Below are positions 62,809 through 64,000 of a DNA stretch of 64,000 nucleotides, piece by piece (the first letter of the stretch is position 1; each line of letters opens with the position of its first letter). The stretch comes from Paraphysomonas bandaiensis (taxonomy: Eukaryota; Protista; Chrysophyceae): positions 62,001 through 126,000 of the forward strand of contig CBFFRP010000089.1 in assembly GCA_965644295.1 (NCBI GenBank), given 5' to 3'. The notes under the pieces are model-generated. The model did no database searches. It was not told the DNA's origin and worked only from the letters and a program-made list of their open reading frames with translations. The position numbers were made by a program, and so were the translations under genes.

Positions 62809-63015
62809 AGCTATATTATTGATGCATAATATACTAATAATTAATAATCGGTTGTGTGAAATAAATGTTGACATTGTTATGAGATAATATAAATGCGATC
62901 AGTAAGCACAACACTCTTATTAAAAGTGATAAGTCTATGAGCAACCATTCACTGCATCTTCTGCCATTTTCTATAATTCACATATTACTGCAGCACGTCT
63001 TAATGATAGTCCTAA

Positions 63016-63160
63016 TAGTGAGTGCCTGATTATTAGCAATAGGCGTGTAAGAGTCATAATTAATGTATCGAAACAGCAAAACAATTTAACTATGAGTAGT
63101 ACTTAACTCTGATATTCTACTATTTACCGCAAGCACCAAGGTGCAACCACTTTCGCTCTT
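63016..63160 (-). mobile_element. Diverged 3'-tail fragment of the non-LTR family
   Basis: Revcomp AAGAGCGAAAGTGGTTGCACCTTGGTGCTTGCGG...ACGCCTATTGCTAATAATCAGGCACTCACTA. Confidence 0.75.
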
Positions 63161-63595
63161 GATTGTTGTAATGTTGGGTAATATGACCATCATGTTTATT
63201 ACAATATATAATATATTAAAGATTAAAATCGATACAGGAAGCTCGACTTTAGTATCTTTAATAGTAAAACTGATCTTGAAGGGAGAGATATTTGTGCTGT
63301 ACGTAGATGCCGAGTTGATGAATCCAGCAAAACTTCATTTAGTGACAAGATTAGACATTAAGTATGTGCATTAATATTGAATATTAGGTAAAAGTATACG
63401 CGAAGTAACTTGTGAGTTTCAGTGTTGATTCTAAGAGTGAACAGTCAAATTAAATTTGATGTATCTGCGTGCATTATTTGTATGTTAATATTTGCACGTC
63501 AAATGTATATATATGACGACTGATTGGTGCCGTTTCTTGAAGAAGTTATATATATATCATCATTCTGATTGTTCACTGCGTTTGCCTTGAAGATA

Positions 63596-63735
63596 GAGCA
63601 AGAGTGGTTGCACCTTGGTGCTTGCGGTGACGCACAAGCAGCTTTTGTAGCGTAAAATGGTAGGGTATCAGAGTTAAGTACTAGTTAGTTGAATTATTTC
63701 TGACTCGCAAACGCTAATAATAAGTCATTCACAAT
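63596..63735 (+). mobile_element. Diverged 3'-tail fragment of the non-LTR family
   Basis: AGTGGTTGCACCTTGGTGCTTGCGGTGACGCACAAGCAGCTTTTGTAGCG...CTAATAATAAGTCATTCAC. Confidence 0.78.
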
Positions 63736-64000
63736 ATATCTTGCTACAGATTTCAATGGAGTGAAACCGGTAGGGATGGGCCTAATGCTTAATACTTAAT
63801 ACACGTATCTACCCACATCATGCGCATTAGTAGCACACACATATAGTGTCAGATAATAGAATAGCACAATGAATTTGCAATGCTGACATATATAAATATG
63901 AAAAATACTTGGGGATGATCACCATAGAGTAAATTAAATGAGTAGTAGATGAAGAAAAACACATATGTCAGTAGCATACTTATACAATTGATAGCAGTTG

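Overview
Gene-dense eukaryotic DNA with short (~40-60 nt) GT-AG introns, most likely a flagellated stramenopile-type protist; the taxon is an inference. About 20 protein genes, mostly in head-to-head pairs: a BEACH/neurobeachin-like N-terminus, PP4 catalytic subunit, kinesin-4, ARPC3, Sec1/Munc18, tomosyn/Lgl-like, prefoldin 2, LSM6, DapF, two alpha/beta hydrolases, CDC26, a Cmk-type kinase, an EF-hand protein, AP-2 mu, a vWA-alpha-kinase, an OTU deubiquitinase and several hypotheticals. There is also one solitary 5S rRNA gene. Transposons pile up mainly between convergent genes: a hAT family with CAGGG termini and 8-bp TSDs (down to a 66-bp MITE), a decayed copia element with a 440-bp fold-back, and a non-LTR family. 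The best candidate novelty is in the non-LTR family. Short non-autonomous copies share their 3' tail with a LINE-like fragment, and four copies start at the same nucleotide with a ~85-nt head that I can fold by eye into an HDV-like (nested double pseudoknot) ribozyme with an atypical, extended P1 and a U-A P1.1. Ribozyme activity is inferred, not shown. All exon boundaries and family assignments are by eye, without database searches.
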